Shown: positions 19,993-30,586 of the stretch, in pieces
Layout: each line of letters begins with the position of its first letter
Numbering within the stretch: the first letter of the stretch is position 1
DNA from: Bacillota bacterium
GTDB lineage: Bacteria; Bacillota; Clostridia; Oscillospirales; Ruminococcaceae
Assembly (NCBI GenBank): GCA_023458875.1
Contig: JAEWXO010000046.1
Coordinates: 178 to 64,177 of the forward strand
DNA: 64,000 nt
Direction: 5' to 3'
Notes under the pieces: generated by a model
What the model was told of the DNA's origin: nothing
Seen by the model: only the letters and a program-made list of their open reading frames with translations
Database searches by the model: none
Translations under genes and position numbers: made by a program

Positions 19993-22051
19993 ATCTTTTT
20001 CAATGCAGAAAAAAGCTGAAGATATCACCGATAAAATGACGGTTGAAGAGCAGGCTGAACAATTAAAATATGATGCACCTGAAAACAACAAAGCGGGATT
20101 AAGTGCATATAACTGGTGGAGCGAAGGACTTCACGGCCTGGCAAGAGCCGGTACTGCAACGATGTTTCCGCAGGCAATAGGACTTGCAGCAATGTTTGAT
20201 GATGAGCTTCTGTATAAGGTTGCTGATATTATTTCAACAGAGGCACGTGCAAAATATAACAGATATTCAGCTTATAATGATTATGACATATATAAAGGAC
20301 TTACTTTATGGTCACCTAACATAAATATTTTCCGTGATCCGAGATGGGGAAGAGGACAGGAAACATACGGAGAAGATCCTTTTCTTACTTCACAGCTTGG
20401 AATAGCATTCGTAAACGGGCTTCAGGGAAATAAAGATATTCTTAAAACAGCCGCATGTGCAAAGCATTTTGCTGTACACAGCGGACCTGAAGCGTCAAGA
20501 CATGAATTTAACGCTGTGGTTTCACCTAAAGACATGGAAGAAACTTATCTTCCGGCTTTTAAGGCACTTGTAACGGAATCGGACGTTGAAGGTGTAATGG
20601 GGGCATATAACAGAGTAAATTCAGAGCCTGCATGTGCAAATTCATTTCTGATGGATAAGCTTAAAGAATGGGGCTTTGACGGATACTTTGTTTCTGACTG
20701 CTGGGCAATAAGAGACTTTCATACACATCATGGAGTTACAAAGACAGCACCTGAATCAGCAGCACTTGCATTAAAGGCAGGTTGTGACCTCAATTGCGGA
20801 AATACTTATATCCAGCTTCTTATTGCATTAAAGGAAAAGCTTATAGACGAAAGCGATATAAGAAATGCATGTATTCATCTTATGAGAACACGTGCACGAC
20901 TGGGAATGTTTAATGAATCAACTGAATTTGACACGATACCTTACAGTGTTGTTTCATGTAAAGAGCATAAGGATGTATCGCGCGAATGTGCTGAAAAATC
21001 AATGGTTCTTCTTAAGAACAACGGAATACTTCCGCTTGATGAAAATAAAATTAAAACCATAGGCGTAATCGGACCGAATGCTGACAGCCGTGAAGCACTG
21101 GAAGGAAATTATTGCGGAAGAGCCGACAGATATATTACTTTTCTTGAGGGAATACAGGACAGATTTGATGGACGTGTATTGTATTCTGAAGGATGCCATT
21201 TATTTAACGACAGAGTATCTAATCTCAGCCTTCCTGATGACAGGATCTCTGAAGCACAGATAGTAGCTGAAAATTCAGACGTAGTTATTCTGTGTGTAGG
21301 GTTAAACGCTACTGTTGAAGGAGAAGAGGGGGATACAGGAAACGAGTTTGCATCCGGTGACAAGATTGATTTAAGACTTCCGGAGTCACAAAGAAAACTT
21401 ATAAGTACGGTAATAGCCTCAGGAAAACCGGTGGTAATAGTTAATGCTACGGGCAGCGCAATCAATACTGAAGCAGCATGTGATGCTTTGATACATGCCT
21501 GGTATCCGGGACAGTATGGCGGTGCAGCTCTTGCATCAATTTTATTCGGAGATGTTTCTCCGTCAGGAAAACTTCCGGTTACATTTTATCAGTCAGCTCA
21601 GAAGCTTCCGGATTTTACAGATTACAGTATGAAAAACCGCACGTACAGATACGCAACTGATAATATCCTTTATCCTTTTGGATATGGACTTACATATTCA
21701 AAAATGAAAATTTCAGATTTTATATATGAAAATTATACAGCACGTGTCACTATAGAAAACATAGGGGATAAAGATACTTCTGAGGTTGTACAGTTCTATA
21801 TAAAGGATTACTCCGAGCATGCAGTTCCTAATCACAGTCTTTGCGGATTCAAGAGGGTATTCCTTAAAAAAGGGGAATCCAGGGAAGTTTCCGTTCTGAT
21901 AAATAATTCTGCATTTGAAGTCGTATATGATGACGGAACAAGAAAAATGTCAGACGGAGAATTCAAGCTGTTTGCCGGAATATCCCAGCCTGATAAATTA
22001 AGTGAAGAGCTTACAGGCTCAAAAGCATTATCAATATCAATTAAACCATAA
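19985..22051 (+). CDS. GH3 beta-xylosidase (no signal peptide)
   Basis: WWSEGLHG, RDPRWGRGQETYGEDP, KHF and nucleophile VSDC; Fn3-like C-terminus. Confidence 0.92.
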   Translation: MYRSFSMQKKAEDITDKMTVEEQAEQLKYDAPENNKAGLSAYNWWSEGLHGLARAGTATMFPQAIGLAAMFDDELLYKVADIISTEARAKYNRYSAYNDYDIYKGLTLWSPNINIFRDPRWGRGQETYGEDPFLTSQLGIAFVNGLQGNKDILKTAACAKHFAVHSGPEASRHEFNAVVSPKDMEETYLPAFKALVTESDVEGVMGAYNRVNSEPACANSFLMDKLKEWGFDGYFVSDCWAIRDFHTHHGVTKTAPESAALALKAGCDLNCGNTYIQLLIALKEKLIDESDIRNACIHLMRTRARLGMFNESTEFDTIPYSVVSCKEHKDVSRECAEKSMVLLKNNGILPLDENKIKTIGVIGPNADSREALEGNYCGRADRYITFLEGIQDRFDGRVLYSEGCHLFNDRVSNLSLPDDRISEAQIVAENSDVVILCVGLNATVEGEEGDTGNEFASGDKIDLRLPESQRKLISTVIASGKPVVIVNATGSAINTEAACDALIHAWYPGQYGGAALASILFGDVSPSGKLPVTFYQSAQKLPDFTDYSMKNRTYRYATDNILYPFGYGLTYSKMKISDFIYENYTARVTIENIGDKDTSEVVQFYIKDYSEHAVPNHSLCGFKRVFLKKGESREVSVLINNSAFEVVYDDGTRKMSDGEFKLFAGISQPDKLSEELTGSKALSISIKP

Positions 22052-22081
22052 AAAATAAATAATTTTAAGGAGTCTTTTACT

Positions 22082-23398
22082 ATGAAAGAATATTTTAAAG
22101 GAATAGGTAAAATTCAGTATGAGGGAAAAGAAAGCCAGAATCCGCTTGCATTTAAGTATTATAATCCTGATGAGATTTTAAACGGCAAGCCAATGCGTGA
22201 ACATCTTAAATTTGCGCTTTCATGGTGGCACACAATGTGCGGCGACGGTACAGATATGTTCGGTGTAGGTACAACAGATAAAAAATGGAGTCAGACTGAT
22301 CCGATGGAGATTGCAAAATCGAAAGTAGATGCTGCTTTTGAAATTATGGATAAGCTGTCAATTGATTATTTCTGTTTTCACGACAGAGACATTGCACCTG
22401 AGGCCGAAACACTTTCAGATACAAATAAAAGACTTGATATAATTTCAGATTACATCAAGGAAAACATAGGCGGAAAGAAGCTTTTATGGGGAACTGCAAA
22501 CTGCTTCAGCAATCCTAGATATATGCATGGTGCCGGTACTTCACCGTCTGCAGATGTATTTGCTTTTGCAGCAGCACAAATAAAAAAAGCCATTGAAATA
22601 ACAGTTAAGCTTGGCGGAAACGGTTATGTATTCTGGGGTGGAAGAGAAGGATATGAAACTCTTCTCAATACAAATATGAAGCTTGAACAGGACAATATGG
22701 CACGCCTTATGAGAATGGCTGTTGATTATGCACGTTCTATAGGATTTAAGGGTGATTTCTATATCGAGCCTAAGCCAAAGGAGCCAACAAAGCATCAGTA
22801 TGATTTTGATACTGCAACCGTAATTGGTTTCCTCCGTAATTATGGTCTTGACAAGGATTTCAAAATGAATATAGAAGCTAATCATGCAACACTTGCTCAG
22901 CATACATTCCAGCATGAGCTCAGAGTTGCAAGAGAAAACGGTGTTTTTGGTTCTATTGATGCAAATCAGGGTGATCCGCTTCTTGGATGGGATACAGATC
23001 AGTTCCCGACAAATATTTATGATGCTACATTCTGCATGTATGAGGTAATGAAAGCAGGCGGATTTACAAACGGCGGACTTAACTTTGACTCAAAGGCAAG
23101 AAGAGGCTCATTTACTCTGGAAGATATATTTAACTGCTATATAGCAGGTATGGATACATTTGCTCTCGGATATAAAGCTGCTGATAAAATAATTAAAGAC
23201 GGCAGAATTGACAGCTTTATAAATGATCGCTATTCATCATGGAACAGCGGTATCGGTGAAGCTGTAATATCAGGAAAAGCAAGCATGGCTGATCTTGAAA
23301 AATATGCTCTTGAAATGGGAGACGTTGTAGGTTCACTTACAAGCGGAAGCCAGGAAAAGCTTGAATCTATCGTAAACAACATTCTTTTCAGTTTATAA
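22082..23398 (+). CDS. xylA: Xylose isomerase (class II)
   Basis: [31 protein letters not shown] and GWDTDQF motifs. Confidence 0.98.
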   Translation: MKEYFKGIGKIQYEGKESQNPLAFKYYNPDEILNGKPMREHLKFALSWWHTMCGDGTDMFGVGTTDKKWSQTDPMEIAKSKVDAAFEIMDKLSIDYFCFHDRDIAPEAETLSDTNKRLDIISDYIKENIGGKKLLWGTANCFSNPRYMHGAGTSPSADVFAFAAAQIKKAIEITVKLGGNGYVFWGGREGYETLLNTNMKLEQDNMARLMRMAVDYARSIGFKGDFYIEPKPKEPTKHQYDFDTATVIGFLRNYGLDKDFKMNIEANHATLAQHTFQHELRVARENGVFGSIDANQGDPLLGWDTDQFPTNIYDATFCMYEVMKAGGFTNGGLNFDSKARRGSFTLEDIFNCYIAGMDTFALGYKAADKIIKDGRIDSFINDRYSSWNSGIGEAVISGKASMADLEKYALEMGDVVGSLTSGSQEKLESIVNNILFSL

Positions 23399-23416
23399 TT
23401 TTCCGGAGGATAATTA

Positions 23417-24940
23417 ATGAAATACGTTATAGGTATTGATATCGGTACAAGTGCTACAAAATCTGTACTCTTTGATGAAGCAGGAGAGGTAATCTCTTCT
23501 GCTTCAGAAGAATATCCTCTTTATCAGGAAAAAAACGGATACGCAGAACAGGAACCGATAGACTGGTATAAAGCAAGCATCAATACAATAAAAGCTATTT
23601 TGAATGACAGTGCTATTGATGCAGAAAATATCGTTGGAATAGGACTGTCAGGACAGATGCATGGTCTTGTAATGCTCGATAAAGACAATTGTGTTATCAG
23701 AAAGTCTATAATATGGTGTGATCAGCGTACAGCTAAAGAATGCAAAGAGATTACAGAACGAGTGGGCGAAAAAAGATTAATTGAAATCACAGCAAATCCT
23801 GCATTAACAGGTTTTACAGCTTCCAAAATACTTTGGGTACGCAACAACGAGCCTGAAAATTATAAAAAATGCTGTCATATACTTTTGCCGAAGGATTATG
23901 TACGCTTTATGCTTACCGGTGAATATGCAACAGAAGTATCAGATGCATCCGGCATGCAGCTCCTTGATATTCCTGGCAGATGTTGGTCGGATGAAGTGCT
24001 TGAAAAACTTGATATAGACAAATCATTGCTTGCAAAGGTTTATGAATCACCTGAAATAACAGGCTATATAACAAAAGAAATTGCTGCACTTACCGGTCTT
24101 AAAGAGGGGACTCCGGTCGTTGGCGGAGCCGGTGATAATGCTGCTGCGGCTGTTGGAACAGGTATTGTTTCTGATGGAAAGGCATTTACCACAATAGGAA
24201 CAAGCGGTGTTGTATTTGCTCATACTTCCGAAATTCAGATAGATCCTGAAGGCCGTGTGCATACTTTTTGCTGTGCGGTTCCGGGCTGTTGGCACATCAT
24301 GGGTGTTACTCAGGCAGCCGGACTGTCATTAAAATGGTTCAGAGATAATTTCTGCTCTGAAGAAATGCAGACAGCACAGCTTATGGATGTAAGTGAATAC
24401 TATCTTATGGACAAGGAAGCTGAAACCGTTCCTATAGGTTCAGAAAAACTTTTCTATCTTCCGTATCTGATGGGAGAAAGAACACCTCATCTTGATCCTG
24501 ATTCCCGCGGTATGTTTTTCGGTCTTTCAGCCATTCATACAAAGAAGCATCTGCTGAGAGCTGTAATGGAAGGCGTTGCGTATTCATTATGTGACTGCAA
24601 AAAAATATGCAGCGATATGGGTATTAAAATAGACGAGATGATGGCTTGCGGTGGCGGCGGAACTTCACCGTTATGGCGCAGTATGCTGTCAGATCTGTAT
24701 AACTGCCCTGTAAAAACAGTTACATGTAAAGAAGGACCTGCACTCGGCGTTGCAATTCTCGCTCTTGTCGGAGCAGGTATTTACAGCAGCGTAGCTGATG
24801 CGTGTGAAAAAATTATTAAGACAAATAAAACACAGTTCCCTGTTGAGGAAAATGTAAAAGAGTACAGTAAATATTATGAGTTATATACAGAACTTTATGG
24901 TTCTGTAAAAGAGAATTATAAAAAGCTTTCAGAATTATAA
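23417..24940 (+). CDS. xylB: Xylulokinase
   Basis: GIDIGTS, GQMHG, WCDQR, GAGDN and GERTP motifs; follows xylA. Confidence 0.96.
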   Translation: MKYVIGIDIGTSATKSVLFDEAGEVISSASEEYPLYQEKNGYAEQEPIDWYKASINTIKAILNDSAIDAENIVGIGLSGQMHGLVMLDKDNCVIRKSIIWCDQRTAKECKEITERVGEKRLIEITANPALTGFTASKILWVRNNEPENYKKCCHILLPKDYVRFMLTGEYATEVSDASGMQLLDIPGRCWSDEVLEKLDIDKSLLAKVYESPEITGYITKEIAALTGLKEGTPVVGGAGDNAAAAVGTGIVSDGKAFTTIGTSGVVFAHTSEIQIDPEGRVHTFCCAVPGCWHIMGVTQAAGLSLKWFRDNFCSEEMQTAQLMDVSEYYLMDKEAETVPIGSEKLFYLPYLMGERTPHLDPDSRGMFFGLSAIHTKKHLLRAVMEGVAYSLCDCKKICSDMGIKIDEMMACGGGGTSPLWRSMLSDLYNCPVKTVTCKEGPALGVAILALVGAGIYSSVADACEKIIKTNKTQFPVEENVKEYSKYYELYTELYGSVKENYKKLSEL

Positions 24941-24999
24941 ATTTATTGTATGATTTATGTTTAATGCATAATTTACTATTCAGTTGTGCCTTAAAGTGA

Positions 25000-25066
25000 T
25001 GCGGATATATAAGCAAAGTCCAGGCGGCCGCAAAGTCTGGTCGACTCGTGACGAGTCGAAATCGCA
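25000..25066 (+). repeat. Dispersed ~70-bp structured intergenic repeat, copy C
   Basis: TGCGGATATATAAGCAAAGTCCAGGCGGCCGCAAAGTCTGGTCGACTCGTGACGAGTCGAAATCGCA. Confidence 0.8.
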
Positions 25067-25168
25067 GAATAATTTATACGAAACAGTAAATAAATAGTTT
25101 GTATAATGTTCATAATCATGATATAATTATCTTCAGTAATAAACTGAGGAGGTCTGTATCAGATAATT

Positions 25169-26092
25169 ATGAATAAAGAGAAGCTGCTTTCAAAAAATAT
25201 CATAGTATGCCTGCTCGCAATGATTTGCTGCATACTATGGGGAAGTGCATTTCCGTGTGTTAAGATTGGCTATAAAATGCTCGGTATTACGGTAGACAAT
25301 ACTGCAGATCAGATATTGTTTGCCGGATATCGCTTTTCATTAGCCGGATTGTCAGTAATAATAGCAGGAAGCATTGTAAAGAAAAAAATACTTGTTCCAA
25401 AGGCAAATGAAATACCTAAAGTCATGTTATTAAGTGCATTTCAGACTATAATACAATATTTACTTTTCTATATCGGACTTGCCAACACTACAGGAGTGAA
25501 GGCATCTGTTATTATAGGCTCAAATGTATTTATTGCAGTTATTGTTTCAAGCCTGATTTTTCATCTTGAAAAAATTAAAATTAACAAAGCAATAGGATGC
25601 ATTATCGGATTTGCGGGAATTATTATCATTAATCTCAGTGATGGAGCGTATGATATGAATATACGTCTGACCGGTGAAGGATTTATGTTTATTTCTACGT
25701 TTTCTTATGCATTTTCATCGGTTCTGATGAAAAAATATTCAAAGTCCGCGGATCCTGTTATGATGAGTGGATGGCAATTCCTTTTTGGCGGCACTGTTAT
25801 GTCACTTATGGGTATAATATCAGGCGGTAAAGTTGTTATTGATTCAGCAAATGAGTGGGGAATGCTTTTCTATTTAGCATTTATATCAGCTGTTGCATAC
25901 AGTCTTTGGGCAATTCTATTAAAATATAATCCTGTTTCAAAGGTTGCTGTATATGGTTTTATGAATCCTGTAATAGGTGTAATTCCCTCAGCTCTGTTAC
26001 TCAACGAAGGACAGCAGGCATTCGGATTAAATGGAATTATTTCCTTGGTTCTTGTATGCGCAGGCATCTGTGTTGTGAATTTAAGACAATAA
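25169..26092 (+). CDS. DMT/EamA-family transporter
   Basis: About 10 TM segments; LWGSAF and RF motifs. Confidence 0.9.
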   Translation: MNKEKLLSKNIIVCLLAMICCILWGSAFPCVKIGYKMLGITVDNTADQILFAGYRFSLAGLSVIIAGSIVKKKILVPKANEIPKVMLLSAFQTIIQYLLFYIGLANTTGVKASVIIGSNVFIAVIVSSLIFHLEKIKINKAIGCIIGFAGIIIINLSDGAYDMNIRLTGEGFMFISTFSYAFSSVLMKKYSKSADPVMMSGWQFLFGGTVMSLMGIISGGKVVIDSANEWGMLFYLAFISAVAYSLWAILLKYNPVSKVAVYGFMNPVIGVIPSALLLNEGQQAFGLNGIISLVLVCAGICVVNLRQ

Positions 26093-26115
26093 TACTTTGA
26101 GCGGAGATATAATCT

Positions 26116-27135
26116 ATGAAAAAAATACTTGTAATACTCACAGGCGGTACAATAGGAAGCAAAAACGATAATACTTCTATAAATACCGATAAAGCCTCAG
26201 CTTATAATCTTATTAACCTTTATTATAATAAATATGGCAGTGAAGATTTATTTGAAGTCATACAGCCCTTGAATATCCTCAGTGAAAATATGAATTTAAA
26301 TTATCTGAGTGTTTTTTGTGAAGCAATATCAGATGTTGATATGAATATGTATAAAGGTATTATTATAACACATGGTTCAGACACTCTTTCATATACATCT
26401 GCACTGATAGGAATGATTTATAATTCTACAGATATTCCTATTGTAATTACAGCAAGTAATTACACTCTTACTGATAAAAGAAGCAATGGTCTGGAAAATT
26501 TCAGGAGCTGTGTCACTTTTATAAACAATACTGAAACAGCAGGTATATTTGTTATATATCAGGATAACAATAAAATAAATAATATATATATATCCACACG
26601 ATTGAAGGAAGCAGATCCGTATTCTGATCAGTTTTCAGCATTCGGAAATGGCTTGTATGGTTATATAAACGAAAATAAAATTACGGTTAATAATCCGGAT
26701 TTTGCAGGTAAAAATCAGAATAAAATATCATTTGAAAATCCCTTGATGTTTCAGAATGATATTTTATTAATAAGACCATATCCGGGTTTAAATTATAAAA
26801 ATATTGATCTTGGTAATAAACCTGCGGCTGTTTTGCATTATCTGTATCATTCGGCAACAGGAAGTAATGAAAACGGTCAGTATTCCCTTATTGAATTTAT
26901 AGACAGATGTCATATGCATGGCATTGATGTATACACCGCGTCATACAAAGATCTTACATCAACTATGTACGATACTGCAAAATGTATTGTAGATGCAGGT
27001 GCTGTACCTATGATAAATATTTCATGTGAAGCTGCATACATGAAACTTATTTTAGCTTATAATCAGAAACAATATAAACATTCTTATCTGATAAATCAGA
27101 ATATTTATTATGAACATGGCAGCTCATTAATATGA
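26116..27135 (+). CDS. Asparaginase-family protein with atypical active site
   Basis: TGGTIG and THGSDTL motifs. Confidence 0.8.
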   Translation: MKKILVILTGGTIGSKNDNTSINTDKASAYNLINLYYNKYGSEDLFEVIQPLNILSENMNLNYLSVFCEAISDVDMNMYKGIIITHGSDTLSYTSALIGMIYNSTDIPIVITASNYTLTDKRSNGLENFRSCVTFINNTETAGIFVIYQDNNKINNIYISTRLKEADPYSDQFSAFGNGLYGYINENKITVNNPDFAGKNQNKISFENPLMFQNDILLIRPYPGLNYKNIDLGNKPAAVLHYLYHSATGSNENGQYSLIEFIDRCHMHGIDVYTASYKDLTSTMYDTAKCIVDAGAVPMINISCEAAYMKLILAYNQKQYKHSYLINQNIYYEHGSSLI

Positions 27136-27218
27136 TATTTTCAAATTATATACTTCAAAAACTTTCATCCGATTTCATTTTTATTGAAAGAGGAGATCGC
27201 AGAAGAAATTTTGTGATC

Positions 27219-27262
27219 AAAAAAAGATTGCGTGATTTTTATTAGTCACGCAATCTTTTTTT
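27219..27262. terminator. Bidirectional terminator
   Basis: AAAAAAAGATTGCGTGATT / AGTCACGCAATCTTTTTTT. Confidence 0.85.
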
Positions 27263-27273
27263 AATTTTAATCA

Positions 27274-28653
27274 TCAAACTTGATTTTTAAGTGATTCCGT
27301 TATTTCTTCAAGCTTCATTGCATGTGAACCCTTGACTAAAACAGTGTCATCTTTTTCAAGAATTCCTTTTAATTTTTCTATAGCCTGGCTATTCGTATCA
27401 AAGTGATAGCAAATGATACTGCTGTTTGATTTTTGAGCGCCATCTATAATAAACTTTGACTGCTTACCGATACATATAAGCACGTCAACCCTCTGTGCTG
27501 CAAAAGCGCCTGTTTCAGTATGCATCTTAGAAGAATTATCACCCAGCTCACCCATATCAGCCAATATTGCAACCCTTCTTCCTTGAAGAGTCCCCATTAC
27601 CTCCAGAGAAGCTTTTACGGATTCAGGATTTGCATTATAACAGTCATTAATAATTGTAATATTATCAGTTTTGATAATATTAAATCTTCCGTCAATATTT
27701 TTAAAGGTTCTGATACCCGATATGATTTTTTCTTCAGGCATTGAAAGTCTTCTGGCTATTGCATAAGCCGCAAGGGCATTAAGGATCATGTGTTTTCCGA
27801 GCGAAGGAATAAACACATCAACCGAATCTCCGTTGTGAACTATTTTAAACTGTGTTCCATCAAGACCACATGGCTTAATATCAGATGAATAAAAATCATT
27901 TTTTGTATCAAATCCAAAAAAACATGTATCAACATAATCAACTGTACTAAGCTTGTCATCATCACCGTTTAATACAGCTATTCCATCTTTCGAAAGAAAT
28001 TTAAACATTTCGGTTTTTGCCTTTAATATGCCGTCTCTTGAACCCAGAAATTCAAGGTGCGCACAGCCGATATTAGTTATTACCGCTATATCAGGGCGGA
28101 CCATCTTTGCAATATTCGTCATTTCCCCAAAGTGATTTATACCCATTTCTATAACTGCTGCTTCATGCTCATCTCTGAGGTTAAATAATGTCTGAGGAAC
28201 TCCTATTTCATTATTAAGATTTCCCTCTGTTTTAAGTACATTAAAATGCTCCGACAGAACTGAATAAATAAGTTCTTTTGTAGAAGTTTTTCCTGAACTG
28301 CCGGATATTCCGATAACAGGAACAGAAAAAAGACTACGGTAATATTCTGCTATATCCTTAAGAGCCTGAAATGTTGATTTTACTACAATATGCGGATTGT
28401 CGGTATTGTCAGGCTGATATTCTGTAAGTGTACATACAGCACCGCTTTCAAAAGCGGAAGTAATAAAATCATGCCCGTCAAAATGTTCACCATTTATAGG
28501 AATATACAAAAAACCGTCCTTTATTTTTCTGCTGTCTATAGAAATATTTTTAATAATCAAATTTTTTTTATCGTCTGAGCAAATTAATCTGCCCCCGCAT
28601 GAGTTTGCTACATCCTGCAGCGTCATTGGTTTCATCGGTGTCTGAGTATTCAA
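27274..28653 (-). CDS. murF: UDP-MurNAc-tripeptide--D-Ala-D-Ala ligase
   Basis: SIDSR, GSSGKTSTKE, NLNNEIGVP, DCYNANP, MGELG and VKGSH motifs. Confidence 0.96.
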   Translation of the reverse strand: MNTQTPMKPMTLQDVANSCGGRLICSDDKKNLIIKNISIDSRKIKDGFLYIPINGEHFDGHDFITSAFESGAVCTLTEYQPDNTDNPHIVVKSTFQALKDIAEYYRSLFSVPVIGISGSSGKTSTKELIYSVLSEHFNVLKTEGNLNNEIGVPQTLFNLRDEHEAAVIEMGINHFGEMTNIAKMVRPDIAVITNIGCAHLEFLGSRDGILKAKTEMFKFLSKDGIAVLNGDDDKLSTVDYVDTCFFGFDTKNDFYSSDIKPCGLDGTQFKIVHNGDSVDVFIPSLGKHMILNALAAYAIARRLSMPEEKIISGIRTFKNIDGRFNIIKTDNITIINDCYNANPESVKASLEVMGTLQGRRVAILADMGELGDNSSKMHTETGAFAAQRVDVLICIGKQSKFIIDGAQKSNSSIICYHFDTNSQAIEKLKGILEKDDTVLVKGSHAMKLEEITESLKNQV

Positions 28654-28676
28654 AATAATTTCTCCTTTTTAAGTGT

Positions 28677-29711
28677 CTAAAATCTTTCAAGAGACTTTTT
28701 GATGATAAGATCGCATAAATCAGCATGATTAATGCCAATAACAGCTGCTTCCTGCGGAATAAGTGATGTAGGTGTCATACCAGGAAGCGTATTTGATTCC
28801 AGGCAGAATATTTCACCGTCTTCACGAAGAAGAAAATCAAATCTCGAATAAACATTTAATTTAAGGCATTCAAACGCCTTTTCTGCAGCCTGCTGCATCT
28901 TCACTGTTGTTTCACTGTCAAGCTCAGCCGGACAAACTTCTTTTGTTTTTCCTGAATATTTGTTTTTGTAATCGTAAAATCCGTCAGAAATTATCTCTAT
29001 AACAGGAAGAGCCTTTCCATCAAATATTCCTACTGAAAATTCACGGCCTTTTATAAATTCTTCAACTACAATTTCATCTTCATATCTGAAGCTTTCCTGA
29101 ATAGCTGATTCAAAATTCTCCTTTGTATCAGCTATTGATACACCTATACTTGAACCTCCGCTGCATGGCTTAACCACACAAGGAAACACTGACCACTGGT
29201 TGAGCTTGCCGTTTTTATACTCATGTATTGTACATGAAAGTCCGTTTGCCATCTGAATACCGTTTCCTATAAGCAGCTGCCTTGTAATGCCCTTATTCAT
29301 TGAATTTGCACTTCCGATATAATCGGATCCTGTATATTTTATACCCAGAAGATCAAATGTTGCCTGTATTTTTCCATCTTCGCCGTTCGCACCATGAAGG
29401 CCCATAAAAACGATATCTGATTTTTTACATATATCAAGAACATTTTTACCGAAAAATCCGTCATCACTTTTTCCTCTTTGTTGTTTTATTTTATTTAAAT
29501 CAGGCTCAGATGATGCTATAGACGCAGAAATTTTTTCAAAATCAATATTTGTTGTGAATGCTTCATCTGCTTTTACATCTGTCCCCATATATACATCAAG
29601 TAAAAATACATTATGTCCTTTTGCCTTTAATGACCTTGCACACATAAGACCTGAATTAAGACTTACGTCCCTTTCGGCGCTTAAACCGCCGGCTAAAACT
29701 GTTATGTTCAT
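28677..29711 (-). CDS. ddl: D-alanine--D-alanine ligase
   Basis: GGLSAERDVS, LHG.NGEDG, GSSIG, YDYKNKY and ESNTLPGMT motifs. Confidence 0.96.
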   Translation of the reverse strand: MNITVLAGGLSAERDVSLNSGLMCARSLKAKGHNVFLLDVYMGTDVKADEAFTTNIDFEKISASIASSEPDLNKIKQQRGKSDDGFFGKNVLDICKKSDIVFMGLHGANGEDGKIQATFDLLGIKYTGSDYIGSANSMNKGITRQLLIGNGIQMANGLSCTIHEYKNGKLNQWSVFPCVVKPCSGGSSIGVSIADTKENFESAIQESFRYEDEIVVEEFIKGREFSVGIFDGKALPVIEIISDGFYDYKNKYSGKTKEVCPAELDSETTVKMQQAAEKAFECLKLNVYSRFDFLLREDGEIFCLESNTLPGMTPTSLIPQEAAVIGINHADLCDLIIKKSLERF

Positions 29712-29825
29712 AATTTCCTCCACAGAGTTAAAATTTGCATTTACGCATACTACTATATTATACTATTAAATTAATCATAATGCAATAAAATTTATTTTTT
29801 TAAAAGTATCAAGCTACTAAAGCGA

Positions 29826-29892
29826 TGTATATATAAGCGAAGTCCAGGCGATCGGAAAGCCCGGTCGATTCCACAGATCCGAAATCTCTGCA
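29826..29892 (+). repeat. Dispersed ~70-bp structured intergenic repeat, copy D
   Basis: TGTATATATAAGCGAAGTCCAGGCGATCGGAAAGCCCGGTCGATTCCACAGATCCGAAATCTCTGCA. Confidence 0.8.
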
Positions 29893-29910
29893 ATAATAAA
29901 TCTATATGTC

Positions 29911-30396
29911 TCATACTGTGATTTTATCAAATTTAGCATTAATTACTTCTCTAAGATTAACAGGCGAAATCTCAATCTGTGTACCTATTTTTCCTCCGCT
30001 TACATATATGGTATCATTTTCAAGCGCACTTGAATCAATAACTGTTGCAAATTGTTTTTTCATTCCGACAGGAGAGCATCCGCCTCTTATGTACCCGGTT
30101 ATTTTCAGCAAATCCTTTACAGCAAGCATTTCTACAGATTTGACACCTGTTGATTTTGCAGCAGCTTTAAGATTCAGTTCCTCATTTACCGGAATACAGA
30201 AAACAAAGTATTCTGTTTTTCCGTCTGTGTTCTTATGAAATGTAACCAATGTTTTGAAGCACTTCTCAAACGGAATATTTAATGTCTCAGCTACATGCAA
30301 ACCATCCACCTGACCATCAGATACATAAAAATACGGTTCATATTTTACTTTTAATTTATCGAGAATTCTCATAACATTAGTCTTATTATCTTTCAT
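29911..30396 (-). CDS. ybaK: Cys-tRNA(Pro) deacylase
   Basis: KTN..R.L, FKTLV, TGYIRGGCSP.G and SGG motifs. Confidence 0.93.
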   Translation of the reverse strand: MKDNKTNVMRILDKLKVKYEPYFYVSDGQVDGLHVAETLNIPFEKCFKTLVTFHKNTDGKTEYFVFCIPVNEELNLKAAAKSTGVKSVEMLAVKDLLKITGYIRGGCSPVGMKKQFATVIDSSALENDTIYVSGGKIGTQIEISPVNLREVINAKFDKITV

Positions 30397-30586
30397 CAAA
30401 AAACCTCTCCTTTGAAAAAATTTTATTCCAACAAAGAGTATATCATATTAATCCGGAAAAAACAATAATAGAACTAAGTATGTTTAATAATTAACAGTCA
30501 TAAATTTCCATTTATTTGCATATGATTAATGCATAAGACATTTTATCATTCTTTTATTAAAGGACATGATAAGGAAATGAGGTTTT

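Noticed and set aside
28677..29711. Van-type D-Ala-D-Lac ligase
   Set aside because: It has the YDY..KY omega loop of D-Ala-D-Ala ligases and sits with murF, with no van genes nearby.
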